In this document: one piece after another, positions 60,225 through 64,000 of the stretch
Position numbering within the stretch: position 1 is the first letter of the stretch
How the letters are laid out: every line of letters begins with the position of its first letter
Assembly: GCA_963695095.1 (NCBI GenBank)
Contig: CAVOFT010000001.1
Location: forward strand, 3,424,001 to 3,488,000
From: an uncultured bacterium
GTDB taxonomy: Bacteria; Krumholzibacteriota; Krumholzibacteriia; JACNKJ01
DNA length: 64,000 bases
Reading direction: 5' to 3'
The notes under the pieces: generated by a model
What the model was told of the DNA's origin: nothing
What the model saw: the letters and a program-made list of their open reading frames with translations, nothing else
The model's database searches: none
Translations under genes and position numbers: made by a program

Positions 60225-62807
60225 TCAATGCGGACCGCCCGTGGCGAAGCCGATGATGATCAGGGCAAGCAGCAAGAGTCCCAGCAGGAGGGCGAAGCTC
60301 CCCCAGGCGTAGGCCAGCACGACGGCCCACAGCGAGCGGGCCCCCACGAAGCGCGGCTCGCCGCGCTCCGTCAGGCGCTCCCACTGCGAGGGGCGCTCTT
60401 CCATGAGCTCGTCCTCGCTGATCAATCCCGTGTAGATGCTGACATCCATGGGGAATTTCTCGCTGCGCAGGTGCGTGTTGAAGAAGTGCACGATGAAGAT
60501 GAAGGCCGCGGCCAGCAGCGCCTCCTCCTTGTGCACGGTGTCGGCCAGCGACACGGCGCCGCCCCCCAGCAGGTTGCCGAAGAACTGCTCGCGCCAGCGG
60601 ATGAGGCCGGAGAGGCCGATCACCGCCACGCCCCAGAACACCGCGAAGTAATCGAACTTCTCCCAGTAGGTCCAGCGGTCGAAGCGCGGGCGCTCGGCCC
60701 GGCCGAGGAACCAGCGGATGTGCTGGACGAAGTCCGTGAAGTCCTTCTTGCGGGGCACCAGCGAGTCGGGGCCGGTCAGCAGGGGTCGCCAACCGAGGCG
60801 GCGCAGCTTGACGGCGAGCTGGCCCAGATGCAGCGCGAAGTAGAGGCCCGTCACCGCAGCGGCCAGATAGTGCAGCTGCTGGGCGACCTTGAGCGGCATC
60901 ATGTTCTCGAGGAACCACCTGCCCGGCGTGGTCTCCACGTAGGACTGAGGCAGGCCGGTTAAACAGAGCACCAGGAAGCTGACGTTGACCATGATGTGCA
61001 GCACCCGCTCGTAGGGGCTGAAGCGCCGGAAGTAGCGCTTTTCCTTGCGCAGGCGCGGGCGGATGCCGCGCTGGAACCAGAGCACGGTGTGCAGGCCGAA
61101 GAAGCCGATGACGACAAGGAAGAGCAGCTTCATCGCGCGATCGGCAGCCGAGAATGCGACCTGAAAGGCCTCGCCGCCGCGGTTGGACTCTCTGCGCGCA
61201 GTCTGGCCATCGAGCAGCGGCCGCCCGCCCGGGTTCTTCGCCCGCGCGTCGTCGATCTCTGCTTGGCTGGGCTTGATCGGGTGCACGAGGTAGCTGACGA
61301 AGTTCTCCTCGGCCTTGGGATGGCACTGCCGGCAGGTTTCGACGATATGCGCCCGGTTCACCGAGGACTCGGGGGATTCCGGCTCCTGGATGCTGTGGTG
61401 CCCATGGCAGTTGGTGCAGACGGCGAAGCGCACGCCCTCGGTCATCAGCCCGTAGAGCTTGCCATGGTAGGTGTCCTTGAAGCCCGCCACGACGTAGGGA
61501 TTGATCTCGAAGCTGAGCATCAGCTCCTTGTTGGCGTGGCAGCTCGAGCAGAGCTCCACGATGCCGTCGGGCGTGAACTTGGTCTCGGGCGAGAGAACCT
61601 GCGTATCGCCGTGACAGGTGGTGCAGCTGGGCGCCGCATCGATGCCCGCTGCCCGCGCCCGGCCGTGGATGGACTTCGCGTAGGCCAGGTTCTGCTCGGC
61701 GTGGCAGTTGGCACAGGCCGGGTGGCTGTCGCGGGCGTGGCCTTCCGCGTCGGCCACCTGCCAGTGGTAGACGTGGCACTCCGAGCAGTTGACGTCCTGG
61801 CCCGCCAGGTCCTTGTCCATGACCTTGCTGTGCGCCAGCGGCTTGCCGTCATCCGTGCGCGTGTGCTCCCGGTGGCAGTAGTTGCACTTGTTGAAGATGC
61901 CGCCGGCCTTGTAGACGACCGCTGCAATGGAGGTCATGTCCGTCTGGTGGCCGGTGTGGCAGAAGGTGCAACTCACCTTGGAGTCCGCCTCGCCGGGCTC
62001 CTTGTGCAGACTCGCGCGATGGCCGGGGTGGCAGCCGTCGCAGGTGCGCGAGATGTTCTCGGTGTGCACCCTTGATTTCGGGTCCGTCGGCTTGCGGATG
62101 GCGTGCGACTCGTGGCAATCCACGCAGGAGGGGGCGCGGTTGTCGCCGTCTTCCTCGAGGCGGCGGTAGTGCGTCGAGTGGACGTAGGTTTCGATGTCCT
62201 TCTGGTGGCAGCGCGCGCAGGTGAGGACGATCTCCTGCTTGAAGGCCGTCGCCCCCATCAGCTCCTTCTTGCCCTTGAAGTGGGGATCGTGGCAGGTGAC
62301 GCAGGTGGGGTACTTGCGCGGATCGTCCTGGTAGTGCTGCGCATGGTAGCTGTCGCGATACTGCTGCTCCTGGGCGCCGTGGCACTTGCCGCAGACCTTG
62401 ACGTTGCCGCCCGGCACCTGGGCCTTGATCTGGTGGCTGCCGTGGCAGTCCGCGCAGCCGGGGATCTGCCCGGCGAAGTTCTTGCGCTTGAGGTGCTCGG
62501 AGAAGCGCTCCATCCAGAGGTTGCTCACGCGGTCGTGGCAGGTGGCGCAATTCACGCCGTTGCCGGCCGGCCAGTGCGGGGCGTCGTCGAAATCGCCGCC
62601 GGCGTGGCAGTCGCTGCAGTCCAGATCCGCATGCACCGAACCCTTCAGGGAGCCGGGCGCGACGTGGATCGACTGGCCGGCCTCGCTCTTCATCCCGGGG
62701 TCGTCGTGGCAGTCCAGACAGGCGCCGGCCCCCGCGGCGCGGACGGTCGGCGCGAGCCCAAGGGCGAGGATCAGGGCGAGCGGCGGCGAGAAGAGGCGTG
62801 TCGTCAT
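60225..62807 (-). CDS. Large CbcL-like fusion: 17-heme cytochrome c plus cytochrome b domain
   Basis: Signal peptide, 17 CxxCH counted; C-terminal RVLH, QLHY, RWTYWEKFDYFAVFWG, VHKEEALLA..IVHFFNTHLR. Confidence 0.87.
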   Translation of the reverse strand: MTTRLFSPPLALILALGLAPTVRAAGAGACLDCHDDPGMKSEAGQSIHVAPGSLKGSVHADLDCSDCHAGGDFDDAPHWPAGNGVNCATCHDRVSNLWMERFSEHLKRKNFAGQIPGCADCHGSHQIKAQVPGGNVKVCGKCHGAQEQQYRDSYHAQHYQDDPRKYPTCVTCHDPHFKGKKELMGATAFKQEIVLTCARCHQKDIETYVHSTHYRRLEEDGDNRAPSCVDCHESHAIRKPTDPKSRVHTENISRTCDGCHPGHRASLHKEPGEADSKVSCTFCHTGHQTDMTSIAAVVYKAGGIFNKCNYCHREHTRTDDGKPLAHSKVMDKDLAGQDVNCSECHVYHWQVADAEGHARDSHPACANCHAEQNLAYAKSIHGRARAAGIDAAPSCTTCHGDTQVLSPETKFTPDGIVELCSSCHANKELMLSFEINPYVVAGFKDTYHGKLYGLMTEGVRFAVCTNCHGHHSIQEPESPESSVNRAHIVETCRQCHPKAEENFVSYLVHPIKPSQAEIDDARAKNPGGRPLLDGQTARRESNRGGEAFQVAFSAADRAMKLLFLVVIGFFGLHTVLWFQRGIRPRLRKEKRYFRRFSPYERVLHIMVNVSFLVLCLTGLPQSYVETTPGRWFLENMMPLKVAQQLHYLAAAVTGLYFALHLGQLAVKLRRLGWRPLLTGPDSLVPRKKDFTDFVQHIRWFLGRAERPRFDRWTYWEKFDYFAVFWGVAVIGLSGLIRWREQFFGNLLGGGAVSLADTVHKEEALLAAAFIFIVHFFNTHLRSEKFPMDVSIYTGLISEDELMEERPSQWERLTERGEPRFVGARSLWAVVLAYAWGSFALLLGLLLLALIIIGFATGGPH

Positions 62808-62936
62808 GGCGAAGCAGTCCCTGGCGCCCCCGGGGGGTAGACGGGGAGAATTCAAGCGCCGAGAGCCAAAATACCCCGCAGGGCCGAGGATTACAACCAG
62901 AGCCGGAAATCTTCTTTGATCCTGAAACTGCTGCGC

Positions 62937-62969
62937 AAAGGAAGAGCCCCCGGGCTTTCCCGGGGGCTC
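62937..62969 (-). terminator. Terminator-like hairpin upstream of the 17-heme gene
   Basis: GAGCCCCCGGG-AAAG-CCCGGGGGCTC followed by TTCCTTT on the minus strand. Confidence 0.5.
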
Positions 62970-63141
62970 CTGTCGGCATCTCAGTGCTGCCAAGGGTGCA
63001 GTGTCTGGCCTGCACTACGCCCTCGCCCTCGCCGGGTTCCCGCGCCCGGCGAATCTAGCTCCTCGTTCTCGCGGCTAGGCTCGCCGCCGCGAAAGGGCTA
63101 GACTGCGCCGAGCACCCCATCGGCCGAGAGGAGCCCTCGAG

Positions 63142-64000
63142 ATGTCCGTCGCCGCCCATCGCCGCCTTGCCCTGCTGCTGCCGGCCCTGCTGCTCTCCTC
63201 CGCGGCCCTGGCCCAGACGGAGGATCTGGTCTACCAGATGCCGGCGCCGGTCCTGGCCGCGATGATCGACGCGCCTCCCACTCCCGGCGTGAGGCTGAGC
63301 CCGACCCTGGACTGGCTGCTCCTCCTGGAGTCGCCGGGGCTGCCCTCCATCGAGGAGGTCGCCCAGCCGGAGTTGCGCCTGGCCGGCCTGCGCATCAACC
63401 CCCGCAGCAACGGCCCCAGCCGCCAGCGCAGCCTGAGCGGGCTGCGCTTCAAGCGCCTCGCCGCGGCCGGGGAGGCCCTGGAGCGCCCCGTGACCGGCCT
63501 GCCCGCCGGGGCTCGCCTCGATTTCGTGACCTGGTCCCCGGACGGCAAGCGCGTGGCCTGCGTCGTGGAGGGCGCCGAGGGCCTCAGCCTCTGGAGCGCC
63601 GAGCTCGCCGACGGCCTCGCTCGCCGCATCGGCCCGCGCGATCTCGCCCTCAACGCCGTCTACGGGCAGCCCTATCGCTGGCTCGCCGACGGCAGCGGCT
63701 TCGTCGTGGCGGCTGTGCCGGCCGCTCGGGGCGCGGCGCCCGCTGCGCCCAGCGCGCCGGCGGGGCCCCGCGTCCAGGAGAACCTGGGCCGCAAGACGCC
63801 GGCCCGCACCTACCAGGACCTGCTGCAGAATCGCCATGACGAGGCGCTCTTCGACCACTACGCAGGCAGCCAGCTCTGGCAGCTGGACCTGAAGGGCAAG
63901 GCGAAGGGGCTGGGCGAGGCCGGCATCCTGCGCGACTTCGAGCTGTCCCCGGACGGTCGCTACCTGCTGGTCCAGCGGGTGGGGCGGCCCTACTCCTACT
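63142..64000 (+). CDS. S9 (prolyl oligopeptidase family) peptidase, N-terminal propeller part; truncated by the window end
   Basis: Not in ORF track; signal peptide, then YQMPA...LPSIEEVAQPELRLAGLRINP, WSPDG, RTYQDLL, SPDGRYLL. Confidence 0.8.
   Translation, partial: MSVAAHRRLALLLPALLLSSAALAQTEDLVYQMPAPVLAAMIDAPPTPGVRLSPTLDWLLLLESPGLPSIEEVAQPELRLAGLRINPRSNGPSRQRSLSGLRFKRLAAAGEALERPVTGLPAGARLDFVTWSPDGKRVACVVEGAEGLSLWSAELADGLARRIGPRDLALNAVYGQPYRWLADGSGFVVAAVPAARGAAPAAPSAPAGPRVQENLGRKTPARTYQDLLQNRHDEALFDHYAGSQLWQLDLKGKAKGLGEAGILRDFELSPDGRYLLVQRVGRPYSY

Overview
Very GC-rich bacterial chromosomal segment using the standard code (TGA acts as a normal stop, e.g. in ATGA/GTGA gene overlaps). Outer-membrane proteins and FlgD-Ig/T9SS-like C-terminal domains suggest a diderm of the FCB-related candidate phyla (Krumholzibacteriota/Latescibacterota/Eisenbacteria-like; inference only). 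About 50 genes, with no recognisable rRNA, tRNA, CRISPR array, transposase or prophage. Main blocks: envelope and membrane genes (1-9.2 kb); a sigma54-type MSHA/T2SS-like pilus operon followed by a TMTC-like glycosyltransferase (9.4-20 kb); lpoB/COG3014/nadE; a gdhA + phosphoesterase + two PEP-synthase-like proteins + degenerate GDH paralog module (25.5-34 kb); tilS-hpt-ftsH-folP-cdaA; patA/pimA-like lipid genes; cysE; tandem mdh paralogs; and a multiheme cytochrome cluster (c554-like, two CbcL-like, ImcH-like). Signals the ORF track misses: (1) a secreted beta-helix protein apparently read through two in-frame UGA codons (U-E-Y-G-U) followed by an fdhF-like SECIS hairpin, a candidate double-selenocysteine protein; (2) a Ser3-Phe-Cys3 leader peptide with a complete attenuator upstream of cysE; (3) a roughly 400-nt structured non-coding element after cdaA; (4) a probable GDH regulatory system built around a pseudo-enzyme. 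All family calls come from motif recognition by eye, not database searches.
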